Shown piece by piece: positions 10,177 through 20,084 of a stretch of DNA of 64,000 bases (position 1 is the stretch's first letter; each line of letters opens with the position of its first letter). The DNA comes from Minisyncoccota bacterium (GTDB lineage: Bacteria > Patescibacteriota > Minisyncoccia > Phycocordibacterales > DATDSR01). The stretch lies in contig DATDVE010000016.1 of NCBI GenBank assembly GCA_036517655.1, positions 2,979 through 66,978 of the forward strand, written 5' to 3'. The position numbers were made by a program, and so were the translations under genes. The notes beneath the pieces were generated by a model that had not been told where the DNA came from, made no database searches, and worked only from the letters and a program-made list of their open reading frames with translations.

Positions 10177-12948
10177 ATGAAAAGTCGAGGTGCAATCCTC
10201 GTTCTGGCCATCCTTCTAGTTCCACTATTTGCGTCTGCTAAAAGTCCAAAATTGGCGGGTTTTGAGCGGGACAAGGGCAAGTCAATCACTGTTTCAGAAC
10301 CACTAGGCTGGCCGGCTTCTATCACTGCATCATCTCATGTTAAGGGCACTGTCACGTCTCTGCCGGGGATGACTGTCGTCCGACTTTTGGGCTACGAACC
10401 CTGGTGGAAAATCTGGGGCGATTTGTCCGCTACAACTACTGTCACAATTTCTGGTCTGCCCAAGAATAGCACACTACACATATACACCAGAGGTTATAGA
10501 GAGCACAAAGAAATTAATAGCGATGCGCGCGGAGCAGTTACACTCGATTTTGATTCTGACTCTGGTGCGCAATTTATTATCAAGAGCAACCCATCGACTA
10601 AACACATAGCACTTGATCCATTGCTTGGCCCACCGGGTGGGGATTGTAGCGAGATCGGCACATGGACTGCTATAACACGCACATGCAAGCTCAACCAAGA
10701 CGTATTCGAGACTATTTCCATCGAGGATGCGGGCATTACACTTGATGGCAACAATTTTTCTGTTCGGGGTGCTGACAGTGGCGACGGTATATATACAGAT
10801 GAGAGTGACGTGCGAATCACAAATATAGAAGTGCACCGCTTTGATCGCGGTATTGTCTATTCTGACTCGCTATTTACACTAGCTAGTGGCGGGCAAATAG
10901 ATGGCACAACTCTTGCCGATAATATTCTAAATATTATGGACGAGGGTGTCTCTGATTTAAAGATAACAGATAACGACATTGTAGTTGCGGGTACTGGTAT
11001 ATCACTCGTGGATCAGTTCGATAGCTTCCCAACAGATGGAATTGTCATAGTGCGCAACAGCTTCAAGCAGAATACTAATAATGACCTATTCAACAGCGGC
11101 ACATCATTTGTACTCAATACGGCGACAGACAGGGGTAACTGGTGGGCCAAGAATACGAACTGCACTCAAGATCCCGCTAATCCCGATCATTGCACGAACA
11201 TGTACAACGAAGGCGACGGCACAGACAATGCTCCTTGGGCCTGCGAAAACGCATGGCGAAGTAACGTGAACTGTCCAACTACTCCATTGCCAAACGAAAA
11301 TGGAATATGGGGAGAGGTAACATCCTTTTCCACTGGAACAACAACGTATTACAAGGATTCACCGTTAACCATACCTGTGAAAGTGCTACCAAATGGTTGG
11401 GTGCTCAAGGTTCTAGGCAAGCAGACAGAGAAATGGGAAGTTCAAGATGTCACAGATGATAGTACAGGCTGGGTAAAATCCTCTGATATGAGCAGTGATT
11501 CATCGCTTGACCAAGAGCGAGGAGAAAGGGCCGAAGTTACCAAAACTGATAAAGCCGCTAGAGTTGAAGTAATTGATGAGGCAATTTCACACTTCTACAA
11601 CAATAATTCTGTGAGTGAGTCACTCTATAGCAGTAATTCACTTGGAAGAATGGGGGTACGATCAAATATATCACAGCTCAAATCTTTAGGTTTTGTGAAG
11701 GCCCTTATATACGCTACCGCATCGTGGGAATCAGGAGGAAAGGATTTTAACAATGAACTGGTGACATACGATTACGGACATGGGATAAAGCAGATAACCT
11801 TCCAAGCCTGGTTTAATGAACCTCTAAATTACCAAATGAATACCTGGGATAACAGGGGCCTTGCAAGCAATATCATCATATCTGGATGCGAGAGCGTAAA
11901 AAGCGACAACTACAAAGACTGCTATGTAAATACACAGACTCAAAATAAGTTATTAAAACCGTATAAGCAATTCCAGGATAATCAAGCCAATCCTACTTAC
12001 AAAATGTACTCGAACTCCAGCCAGTCTATTTATGCTAACGTTAAGGATGGAATGGTCCTATTGGCGGGGGCTATGACACGGGCGAATCGTAACATTGGTA
12101 ATCCGGGTATTAACTGGGCCTCTGGATTTAGTTTCCCCTATACGATATCAGACAACGAAATGAAGCAGATGTCTAGCTTAAGAGATTACAACGCTGGCCC
12201 TGGAAGTAGGTGCACACCCGTGCTTAATCCGTATAATCAGTATTACCTAAAAAATGTCGGCCTCAAGTTATCCACAATAAATTCAATCTTCCCTGAACTT
12301 AATTATACTGACACTGACCATTTTGTTGAGAAACTCTCTTTTGCTTCCACAGAACAGGACAGGATTGAGGCTTGTAGCCCTGTGTACGTTCAGGTACTAG
12401 ATTCAGCCAATCGCTTGGTAGGCTATAACGGGACTGCTGTTGTGCACCAAATTCCCAGAGTCACATATGATTACAATGAATATAAAGTTGCTCACGTTTT
12501 GCTCCCAAATGACGACTACAGCTATAGAGCCTTGGGCTATGAAACAGGAACATACTCTCTGTATATTGATAGATTTTCTGAAGAAAAAGGAGATGCTAGT
12601 TTTATTGCAACTGAAATCCCAACATCTCGTGGTGAGATACACGAGTACAACCCAGATTGGAAAGCTTTAGCCACTGGCAAAAGGGGGATGTTAGTCAAAG
12701 TCGACAATGATGGCGATGGAGTATTCGACTATGAATTCGTGGTTGGAAGTGCGCTTACGTCTGATAAGTTTATGAAATTTTCCAAAGAAAACACTGGAAA
12801 AGTGCTTGTCTGTCATATTCCTCCAGGTAATCCACAAAATGTTCGTACAATTTCGATTAGCAATTCTGCGCTAGAGACGCACCTTAATCACGGAGACAAG
12901 GAAGGGGAGTGTCTGTCTGCTACAAAAAGTAAAAATAGAAAGAAGTGA
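10177..12948 (+). CDS. Large secreted protein: beta-helix (NosD-like), SH3-like region, lytic-transglycosylase-like domain, C-terminal CH...HGDxxGxC module
   Basis: Signal peptide; ITLDGNNFSV..GIY repeats; W..V.D..TGWV; ASWES, GHGIKQI, DYNAGPG; DNDGDG; KVLVCHIPPGNP..HLNHGDKEGEC. Confidence 0.7.
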   Translation: MKSRGAILVLAILLVPLFASAKSPKLAGFERDKGKSITVSEPLGWPASITASSHVKGTVTSLPGMTVVRLLGYEPWWKIWGDLSATTTVTISGLPKNSTLHIYTRGYREHKEINSDARGAVTLDFDSDSGAQFIIKSNPSTKHIALDPLLGPPGGDCSEIGTWTAITRTCKLNQDVFETISIEDAGITLDGNNFSVRGADSGDGIYTDESDVRITNIEVHRFDRGIVYSDSLFTLASGGQIDGTTLADNILNIMDEGVSDLKITDNDIVVAGTGISLVDQFDSFPTDGIVIVRNSFKQNTNNDLFNSGTSFVLNTATDRGNWWAKNTNCTQDPANPDHCTNMYNEGDGTDNAPWACENAWRSNVNCPTTPLPNENGIWGEVTSFSTGTTTYYKDSPLTIPVKVLPNGWVLKVLGKQTEKWEVQDVTDDSTGWVKSSDMSSDSSLDQERGERAEVTKTDKAARVEVIDEAISHFYNNNSVSESLYSSNSLGRMGVRSNISQLKSLGFVKALIYATASWESGGKDFNNELVTYDYGHGIKQITFQAWFNEPLNYQMNTWDNRGLASNIIISGCESVKSDNYKDCYVNTQTQNKLLKPYKQFQDNQANPTYKMYSNSSQSIYANVKDGMVLLAGAMTRANRNIGNPGINWASGFSFPYTISDNEMKQMSSLRDYNAGPGSRCTPVLNPYNQYYLKNVGLKLSTINSIFPELNYTDTDHFVEKLSFASTEQDRIEACSPVYVQVLDSANRLVGYNGTAVVHQIPRVTYDYNEYKVAHVLLPNDDYSYRALGYETGTYSLYIDRFSEEKGDASFIATEIPTSRGEIHEYNPDWKALATGKRGMLVKVDNDGDGVFDYEFVVGSALTSDKFMKFSKENTGKVLVCHIPPGNPQNVRTISISNSALETHLNHGDKEGECLSATKSKNRKK

Positions 12949-13490
12949 AACAGAAATTTGTAATAATAGCTTTCGTAATTTTGGCAATCGGAATAATTTA
13001 TAAATTTAGATTAGGAGAATTTCGTAATGATATAAAAATAGTAGATCAAACCGCTATATCGTTTACGCTTTTTGACGATAAAAGCAACAAGCATATTGTT
13101 AATTTAGATTCATACATTAGTAGTCCAGATGAAACATTGGGAGAGATTGCGGGTAAGATCGAGTTAATAGTTGCTGATGACTACAGAAATAGAGTTTATG
13201 TTGTTTATAGTAATTCAGGGCTGCCAGGCCGGAACGGTCTTACAAACAATATTCTTAGTTATGATTTATTTACCAAAGAACTGCAACCTCTTCTATACAA
13301 CGAAAGGGAAATCTATGTTAATAATCCATCGGATCTTCGCCTTACCCAAGATTTCCATTATCTCAAGCTTAATTACGGTTTATCAGATGGTGCCTGCAGT
13401 CTCATCACTGGCACTTTGACATGGGATCTTAATATTGCTGGTTCTTCTGCAAAGGACGATCGGAGAATTGAGAAATTAAGTGATTGCTAA
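12945..13490 (+). CDS. Hypothetical N-terminally anchored exported protein
   Basis: GTG overlaps the upstream stop (GTGA); one N-terminal TM; AT-rich; two C-terminal Cys. Confidence 0.7.
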   Translation: MKQKFVIIAFVILAIGIIYKFRLGEFRNDIKIVDQTAISFTLFDDKSNKHIVNLDSYISSPDETLGEIAGKIELIVADDYRNRVYVVYSNSGLPGRNGLTNNILSYDLFTKELQPLLYNEREIYVNNPSDLRLTQDFHYLKLNYGLSDGACSLITGTLTWDLNIAGSSAKDDRRIEKLSDC

Positions 13491-13634
13491 TTTCCAGTAC
13501 CTTCGCCGTTGTCTATGTCCATGGTATATTTGTATAACTATGTGGGGTCAATACAAAACAGAGTGGCTCTGCAGGATCAATATGACTACGGCTATTTCGT
13601 CTCCAGCGAGGGTTCAAACTAACACGAAGGAGAA

Positions 13635-14306
13635 ATGAAAAAGTATTTCTTGGGGGCACTCTTGCTTGTGGTACTTGTCGCTGTAGGTATTGTCCTATCA
13701 AGAAATTCACACCCAGCGATAGAAGCTCCATCAATGCTAGAACTATCTCAGGCAATCTATCCGTATGAAAGCGACCTTGCTACAAGCCCAGAGGCGTTGG
13801 TGGCAGAATTGAGTCTAGTTGAAACAATTCCTGTGAACGGAGGGTCACTGCTCTTCGTTGGGAGTGAGTCTCTATCGGGGTCAAGCAATATTTCCGGTCT
13901 TATTTTGCTAAACACGGGGGCCAGAGAACTCAAGGTAATTGCACCATTCACTGTGTCGCTGGGATCACAAAATAATAGATATCTTGTATCTCCGGATAAT
14001 GCTTACGTTGCCATTGAAACCCTTGCTACAGTTAGTGCAAATTGTGCCTACCCATCAATCACCATTAGTAGACTGGATTCGTTTCCCAGTCCATTTGAAA
14101 ATGTAGTAATGGTTGGCGAGCCGTCGCTACGAGAGAGCACAGACCCAGACAAGGAAGTTTATAACGCAGTAGAGGGGGCTAACTGGACAGCGAGTAACTT
14201 GCAATTCAAGCAGTCTCTCGTCAAATGTACAACAGGAAACACGCTTATAGGCCCTCTCCCATTGCAATACAGTCCCGGCACCGGCCAGTACTCTAGAGAA
14301 CAGTAA
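13635..14306 (+). CDS. Hypothetical N-terminally anchored exported protein
   Basis: AAGGAG SD, N-terminal TM, beta-rich with a Cys pair. Confidence 0.7.
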   Translation: MKKYFLGALLLVVLVAVGIVLSRNSHPAIEAPSMLELSQAIYPYESDLATSPEALVAELSLVETIPVNGGSLLFVGSESLSGSSNISGLILLNTGARELKVIAPFTVSLGSQNNRYLVSPDNAYVAIETLATVSANCAYPSITISRLDSFPSPFENVVMVGEPSLRESTDPDKEVYNAVEGANWTASNLQFKQSLVKCTTGNTLIGPLPLQYSPGTGQYSREQ

Positions 14307-14417
14307 GTGAGTTGACTAATCACCCGTGCCTTCGCCATTGTTTGTGTCTTCACCCGGCATATTTTTAGTTTCTATAAATAACTTTGTAAAAAGCTCGTTT
14401 TGAGCTATGATTATAAC

Positions 14418-15398
14418 ATGACAGAGTCCAAAAAAGTTCTTCTTTCGGGGATGAAGCCTACTGGGCGGCCTCATATCGGCAACTATTTCGGCGCTATGAA
14501 GCAATTTGTTGATCTGCAGGGACAGTACTCGCCTTATTATATTATGGTCGCTGATTATCATGCGCTTAACTTTATTCAAGATGCGAGCGAGATGCGCTCG
14601 CTTAGTCACGAGATGGTACTCGACTTTTTGGCAATTGGGCTGGATCCAGAGAAGGTGATCTTGTTCAAACAATCTGATGTGCCAGAGCATACAGAGCTTT
14701 GCTGGATATTCGACACTATTACTACCATGCCGTATCTCATGCGCTCGCATGCTTACAAAGATGCCGAGGCAAAAGATAAGGAAATTAGCGTGGGCACTTT
14801 TAACTACCCCATGCTAATGGCAGCAGATATTCTGCTCTACGACGCCAACTGCGTGCCGGTGGGACAGGATCAGAAGCAACATGTCGAGTATGCTCGCGAC
14901 ACTGCCCAGAAGTTCAATAGAATTTTTAACGAAATATTCACACTTCCAGAAGCGCTGATCATGAAAGATGTTGCGATAGTGCCCGGCATAGACGGTCGCA
15001 AAATGAGCAAGAGTTATAAAAATGACATCAAGCTTTTTAGTTCCGACGAGGAAATTCGTAAGCAAGTGATGAGCATTGTCACAGACTCGAAGGGCAAGGG
15101 TGAAGTACTTGATCCCGAAACAGACAATATATTTGCCCTACACAAATTATTCACTGGACCTGATCAACTTCGACACTTGTCGTCGGAGTACAGGGCGGGG
15201 GAGATTGGGTATAAAGAATCGAAAGAGTTACTGGCAGAGAATATAATCAAATTCATTTCACCCATGAGGGCAAAGCGCGAAGAACTTGCCAAGGATTCTG
15301 GTTTGACAGGAAAAGTGCTAAAAGCGGGTGGCGATAAAGCTCGAGTCAAGGCGAGTGAGACTATTGCAAAGGTGCGCAAACTAATTGGGGTGGTATAA
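14418..15398 (+). CDS. trpS: Tryptophan--tRNA ligase
   Basis: HIGN, YPMLMAADILLY, VPVGQDQKQH, KMSKS. Confidence 0.98.
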   Translation: MTESKKVLLSGMKPTGRPHIGNYFGAMKQFVDLQGQYSPYYIMVADYHALNFIQDASEMRSLSHEMVLDFLAIGLDPEKVILFKQSDVPEHTELCWIFDTITTMPYLMRSHAYKDAEAKDKEISVGTFNYPMLMAADILLYDANCVPVGQDQKQHVEYARDTAQKFNRIFNEIFTLPEALIMKDVAIVPGIDGRKMSKSYKNDIKLFSSDEEIRKQVMSIVTDSKGKGEVLDPETDNIFALHKLFTGPDQLRHLSSEYRAGEIGYKESKELLAENIIKFISPMRAKREELAKDSGLTGKVLKAGGDKARVKASETIAKVRKLIGVV

Positions 15399-15451
15399 CT
15401 CACCCGGACTATGTCTCACCCTCTCTTATAAAAGAGAGGGTAGGGTGAGTT
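15397..15451. repeat. Nested hairpin (terminator or palindromic element) between trpS and aspS
   Basis: aactcaccc ... ccctctctt-ataa-aagagaggg-ta-gggtgagtt. Confidence 0.55.
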
Positions 15452-15481
15452 GGGGACTAGTTATATGTTATAATTCCCCCC

Positions 15482-16786
15482 ATGCTGACTGGTATTCATA
15501 CAAGTGACTTGAGAGACAAAGTAGGCGAGAGTGTGCACGTTAATGGCTTTGTGCATGCTCTGAGGGTGCAGAGTAAGATTATCTTTTTGATACTTAGAGA
15601 TATTACTGGCACTGCCCAGATTGTCATACAAGACTCATCAGCGGTTAAACCGCTGTTTGACAAAGCGAAGGAATTATCGCTCGAATCTGTGGTGCGAATC
15701 GGGGGCAAGGTGGTTGAAGCCAAGCAAGCTCCCGGTGGTGTGGAGATACAGATTAGTTCGCTCGAGGTACTATCTGCCGCAAGTCCGGAGTTGCCTATAC
15801 CCGTAGTGCCGTTAAAGGGGGGCGAGGAGAGTGAAGCACCGATCAGGTTTGATTACAGGTGGCTTGATCTGCGTAAGCCAGAGAAGGCTAAGATCTTTAA
15901 AGTTTGGACAGAACTCGAAAGAGGATTTAGGAAATATTGGTTGGAGAATGGCTACACACAACTCTATACGCCAGCCTTTATGAACACACCCAGCGAGTCT
16001 GGAGCAGAGGTCTTCGAGGTGAAATATTTCGATCGCAAGGCGTATCTGGCGCAGTCCCCGCAGTTCTACAAACAAATGGGTATAGCATCTGGCTTCGAGA
16101 GGGTGTTCATGACGGGGCCAGTGTTCCGAGCCGAAGCATCGTTCACGACTAGGCACTTAACAGAATTCACCGGCTGGGACTTTGAACTCGCGTACATTGA
16201 GTCGCATCACGACATTATGGACCAAGAAGAGGGGATGATTGTTGCAGGACTTGAGGCGGTTAAGAAAGCACTCCCAGAGCTTGGGGGTTTAACCCCCACG
16301 CGTCCGTTCCCAAGAATTACAATGCTTGAGGCTAAGAAAATTTTGAGTGAGAAGGGGATTGCAAGCGCTGAAGAGCACGACTTGTCGCCGGAAGAAGAGC
16401 GGGCTATTTCAGATTTTGTAAAAGAGAAATATGATCACGAATTTGTATTCATAACTGAATATCACAAGAGCAAGGGCGCGTTTTATCACATGAGGCTAGA
16501 GCCAGGATCTGACTATACACGCCGGGCGGACTTGCTCTACAAGGGCCTTGAGATCACCACACTTGCTCAACGAGAACACAGGCCAGATGTACTAGAGATG
16601 CAAGCAAAAGAGAAGGGCATGGACCTAGAGAGCTTGAAGGAATACTTTAGTTTCTTCAAATTCGGCTGTCCGCCGCATGGTGGCGGCGGCATCGGCCCGG
16701 CAAGAATTGTGATGAAATTACTTGACCTCCCCAACGTAAGAGAAGCCACATATCTCCCGCGTGACGTCAAGAGACTCAATCCATGA
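15482..16786 (+). CDS. aspS: Aspartate--tRNA ligase, short archaeal/non-discriminating type
   Basis: OB-fold FLILRD, LAQSPQFYKQ, FRAE..T.RHLTEF, PPHGG.GIG; 434 aa with no GAD insertion. Confidence 0.88.
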   Translation: MLTGIHTSDLRDKVGESVHVNGFVHALRVQSKIIFLILRDITGTAQIVIQDSSAVKPLFDKAKELSLESVVRIGGKVVEAKQAPGGVEIQISSLEVLSAASPELPIPVVPLKGGEESEAPIRFDYRWLDLRKPEKAKIFKVWTELERGFRKYWLENGYTQLYTPAFMNTPSESGAEVFEVKYFDRKAYLAQSPQFYKQMGIASGFERVFMTGPVFRAEASFTTRHLTEFTGWDFELAYIESHHDIMDQEEGMIVAGLEAVKKALPELGGLTPTRPFPRITMLEAKKILSEKGIASAEEHDLSPEEERAISDFVKEKYDHEFVFITEYHKSKGAFYHMRLEPGSDYTRRADLLYKGLEITTLAQREHRPDVLEMQAKEKGMDLESLKEYFSFFKFGCPPHGGGGIGPARIVMKLLDLPNVREATYLPRDVKRLNP

Positions 16787-16796
16787 TCAACTTGCC

Positions 16797-18065
16797 ATGA
16801 ACCGGAAGAATATCTTCTACTGGACACTTTACGATTTCGCCAACTCGATTGTCATAATTGTCTTCTTCCTATACTTCTCACAGTGGTTGGTGGTGGAGAA
16901 GGGTGTGTCTGACTTCGCCTACAATATGATCTTTACAGCAGGTTCAGTACTGCTACTACTCACAGCACCTATCCTGGCCAGCCTGGCTGACAGGAACGGC
17001 AAGCAGCACTATTATCTGCGCAGTATCACTTTGCTCTCTGTGGCCCTCTTCATCCTCACAAGTCTGGTGACTCTATTCTGGAGTAGGGAGGTAATGTTGG
17101 CCATACTCTTCTTCCTCCTGGCAAACTATATCTATCAATTCTCATTCGTCTTCTACAATGCCCTTCTGCACAAGATCGCGCCGCCGCATATGTGGGGTCG
17201 GATATCTGGATTGGGTCAAGCGGGCAACTGGCTCGGTCAGGTCACAGGCCTCTTGGTCACCCTGCCGCTGGCAACTGGAGCAGTATATCTTGTGGGCGAA
17301 GCTGGTCGAGCCCAGACATTCCTGCCAGCCACAATCCTGTTTCTGTTGTTGACGCTACCTATGCTCTTCTTATTCAAATTATCGAAACAACAGGCAGAAC
17401 CTGCTGGCGAGAAAGTGAAGCTGGGTAGTCTCTATCGAGAGCAGTGGGGCAAGTTCCGAGAGCTCATAAGAATTCCGGGTGTAGGCCTCTTCCTCTTGGC
17501 ATATTTCTTCTTTAACGACGCCATCCTGACAGCGGCCAACAACTTTCCCATCTATCTGCAGAACGTCTTCGCTGTCTCTGATACCACCAAGTCACTATTG
17601 CTTATGGGCATTCTAGCTACCTCGGCTATAGGGGCACTACTGGCCGGCTGGATGGCAGATAAGGTGGGTCTCAAGAAGACACTCATGTTTGTTCTGGGAA
17701 GCTGGGTTGTAATCCTGCCCTTACTTGGCTCTGTATCTAACTTCAAACTCTTCGTTGTCTACACTGTCATTATGGGTCTCTTGTATGGATCTGTCTGGGC
17801 AGTAACCAGGGCGGCTATGACGGCCTTAGTCCCGCCAGAGAGGATGAACTTCGGCTTCAGTTTCTATGGTATCGCCGAGAGAGTTTCGACACTTGTTGGT
17901 CCTGTGACGTGGGGACTCATCAGTACGCTACTTGTGCATCTTGGTCCTACTCGTTACCGCATAGCAGTCTCGGCAATGGCCATATTCGTGATTATCGGTT
18001 TACTGATAATGCGCAAAGTCCAAATCCCTAAGACGAATAACACGATCAACAATGCAAGCGTTTAG
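16797..18065 (+). CDS. MFS transporter (UMF1/Atg22-like)
   Basis: WTLYDFANS, VFYNALL, GRISGLG; about 12 TM. Confidence 0.88.
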   Translation: MNRKNIFYWTLYDFANSIVIIVFFLYFSQWLVVEKGVSDFAYNMIFTAGSVLLLLTAPILASLADRNGKQHYYLRSITLLSVALFILTSLVTLFWSREVMLAILFFLLANYIYQFSFVFYNALLHKIAPPHMWGRISGLGQAGNWLGQVTGLLVTLPLATGAVYLVGEAGRAQTFLPATILFLLLTLPMLFLFKLSKQQAEPAGEKVKLGSLYREQWGKFRELIRIPGVGLFLLAYFFFNDAILTAANNFPIYLQNVFAVSDTTKSLLLMGILATSAIGALLAGWMADKVGLKKTLMFVLGSWVVILPLLGSVSNFKLFVVYTVIMGLLYGSVWAVTRAAMTALVPPERMNFGFSFYGIAERVSTLVGPVTWGLISTLLVHLGPTRYRIAVSAMAIFVIIGLLIMRKVQIPKTNNTINNASV

Positions 18066-18783
18066 CATACAGACGGAGAAGTTCCAAGGACCTATTGAGC
18101 TGCTGCTTGAGCTTATTGAGAGCCGGAAGATGCACATATCGGATGTGTCACTCCGCGAAGTTGCTGATGCGTTCCTCTCGCACATTGAGAAACTGGAGGA
18201 GTTGCCAGTTGCGGATACGGCGGACTTCGTCTACGTTGCATCTATTCTCATTTTAATCAAATCAAAGTCGCTCTTACCGGGACTAGAACTTGAACCAGAA
18301 GAGCAGGCGAGTATCGATGATCTGGAGAAGCGCTTGGCTATTTATAAAATTCTCAAAGAGCAGACCGGCGAGCTAAGCAAGCTGTTTGGCAGTATGCCTA
18401 TTTACTCGCGAGAAGAAAGTGCTAACTTTGAAATTATTTTTGCCTCGCCAGATCTACTAGATCCAAAACTGATTTTTGAGGTTATTAATCAAGTACTTGC
18501 TAGCGTCCCAAAGGCCGAAGCGCTTGAAAAGAAGTCTGTACAGAAAGTGATCAGTCTTGAAGAGATGATAGTTAAGCTGGCTGACAGGATGCAGAGCACA
18601 CTCAAATCGTCGTTCAAGTCATTCACACGCTTAGAGAGGACAGAAAAAGTGAATGTTATTATCTCATTTCTGGCAATGCTGGAATTGGTCAAGAGGGGAG
18701 CAATAGAAGTGAGACAGCATGCGCACTTTGATGATATCGAGATGGAGATTAGCCAAGCAGGAATACCTGTTTATAATTCCTAG
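18052..18783 (+). CDS. scpA: Segregation and condensation protein A
   Basis: FQGPIELLLELIE, IKSKSLLP, SFLAMLELVK. Confidence 0.95.
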   Translation: MQAFSIQTEKFQGPIELLLELIESRKMHISDVSLREVADAFLSHIEKLEELPVADTADFVYVASILILIKSKSLLPGLELEPEEQASIDDLEKRLAIYKILKEQTGELSKLFGSMPIYSREESANFEIIFASPDLLDPKLIFEVINQVLASVPKAEALEKKSVQKVISLEEMIVKLADRMQSTLKSSFKSFTRLERTEKVNVIISFLAMLELVKRGAIEVRQHAHFDDIEMEISQAGIPVYNS

Positions 18784-18808
18784 GTTCTAATTACTAATTT
18801 CTAATGAA

Positions 18809-19372
18809 ATGAAACTCGAAAATTTACTAGAAGCGATACTTTTTCATAAGAGCGAGCCAGTTAACCTTGCTTGGCTTGCAAAAGTAACTAAAAAAGATTT
18901 AGGAGAGATTAATCAGGCGCTCGCAGAATTAGAGCAGAGCCTGCAGGGCAGGCCTGCCTGCGCAGGCAGGGGAGTGGTGCTGGTTAAATCAGAATCAGAA
19001 GTTAGCCTGGGCACGCATCCAGAAGCGGCGAGCGTCATCCGCGAGATTACAAAATATGAGCTATCGGGAGAACTAGGCAAGGCCAGTCTTGAAACTATAT
19101 CTATAATTCTTTACCAGAGCCCGATATCGCGAAGTAGTATTGAGTATATAAGGGGCGTGAACTCGCAATTTACTATTAGACACTTATTGATAAGGGGCTT
19201 GATAGAACGTGTGATTAATCCAAATGATTCGCGCAGTTACTTGTACCAGCCAACACTAGAGCTACTTAAGTTTATGGGGCTGTCAAAGAAAGATGACTTG
19301 CCAGATTACGAGAGCATTAAAGCTAAGCTAAATGAGATCGCTAGTAGCCCTATCACTTCTAATAACAGCTAG
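18809..19372 (+). CDS. scpB: Segregation and condensation protein B
   Basis: LEAILF, LETISIILYQSPISR..IEYIRGVNS. Confidence 0.95.
   Translation: MKLENLLEAILFHKSEPVNLAWLAKVTKKDLGEINQALAELEQSLQGRPACAGRGVVLVKSESEVSLGTHPEAASVIREITKYELSGELGKASLETISIILYQSPISRSSIEYIRGVNSQFTIRHLLIRGLIERVINPNDSRSYLYQPTLELLKFMGLSKKDDLPDYESIKAKLNEIASSPITSNNS
18953..18970. repeat. Perfect 18-bp palindrome in frame in scpB (PACAGR)
   Basis: cctgcctgcgcaggcagg; identical copy at 52120-52137. Confidence 0.85.
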
Positions 19373-20084
19373 TCTAGTTATAACTAGCGGGAGCATTCTC
19401 GCCCATGATTCTTTTGAGCCTGAGCTAGAGGCGAAGGCTTATATCGTCTACGATGTTAAAAACGATAAAGTGCTGCTATCTAAAAATAGCCACGCGCAAT
19501 TGCCACTTGCCTCACTCACCAAACTTATGACCGCATACGCAGCGAGAGAGCTAGGTAGTGCCGCGACCATGGAAGAAATGTGCTTCATGCTCGTGACTTC
19601 ATCCAATGAGATTGCCGAGGATATCGGTGGGCGCATAGGGGGCCATACAGGAGACGGACCAACCAGACTAAACATGTGGGCTACGGTATTAGACTTGAAG
19701 CAAACATTTTATCTCAACACGACTGGTTTAGATATTTCAGAAACATTATCCGGTGCCTACGGATCAGCGCAAGATATGGCTCGCTTAATCTCAGTTGTGG
19801 AAGACGAGCATCCGGAATTGCTGCGCTGTAGCGCACAAGGGACAGCAAGATACGGAGACAGTGAACTCTCAAATACTAATAAGGAAGCGGGGCGCACCAT
19901 TGGTCTCATTGGCTCTAAAACAGGCCTGACTGATCTTGCTGGCGGCAATTTGGCGGTGATAATTGATGTTGAGATTAATAGACCGGTTATTATTGTAGTA
20001 CTGGGATCAAGCGAGGAGGGGAGATTCCCTGATATAGATATTCTGCGTGAAGCAACTATTAGATTGCTGAATGAGAACCTATGA
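19332..20084 (+). CDS. D-alanyl-D-alanine carboxypeptidase (peptidase S11), internally shortened
   Basis: SxxK (ASLTK), SxN (SSN) and KTG motifs; signal peptide. Confidence 0.85.
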   Translation: MRSLVALSLLITASLVITSGSILAHDSFEPELEAKAYIVYDVKNDKVLLSKNSHAQLPLASLTKLMTAYAARELGSAATMEEMCFMLVTSSNEIAEDIGGRIGGHTGDGPTRLNMWATVLDLKQTFYLNTTGLDISETLSGAYGSAQDMARLISVVEDEHPELLRCSAQGTARYGDSELSNTNKEAGRTIGLIGSKTGLTDLAGGNLAVIIDVEINRPVIIVVLGSSEEGRFPDIDILREATIRLLNENL

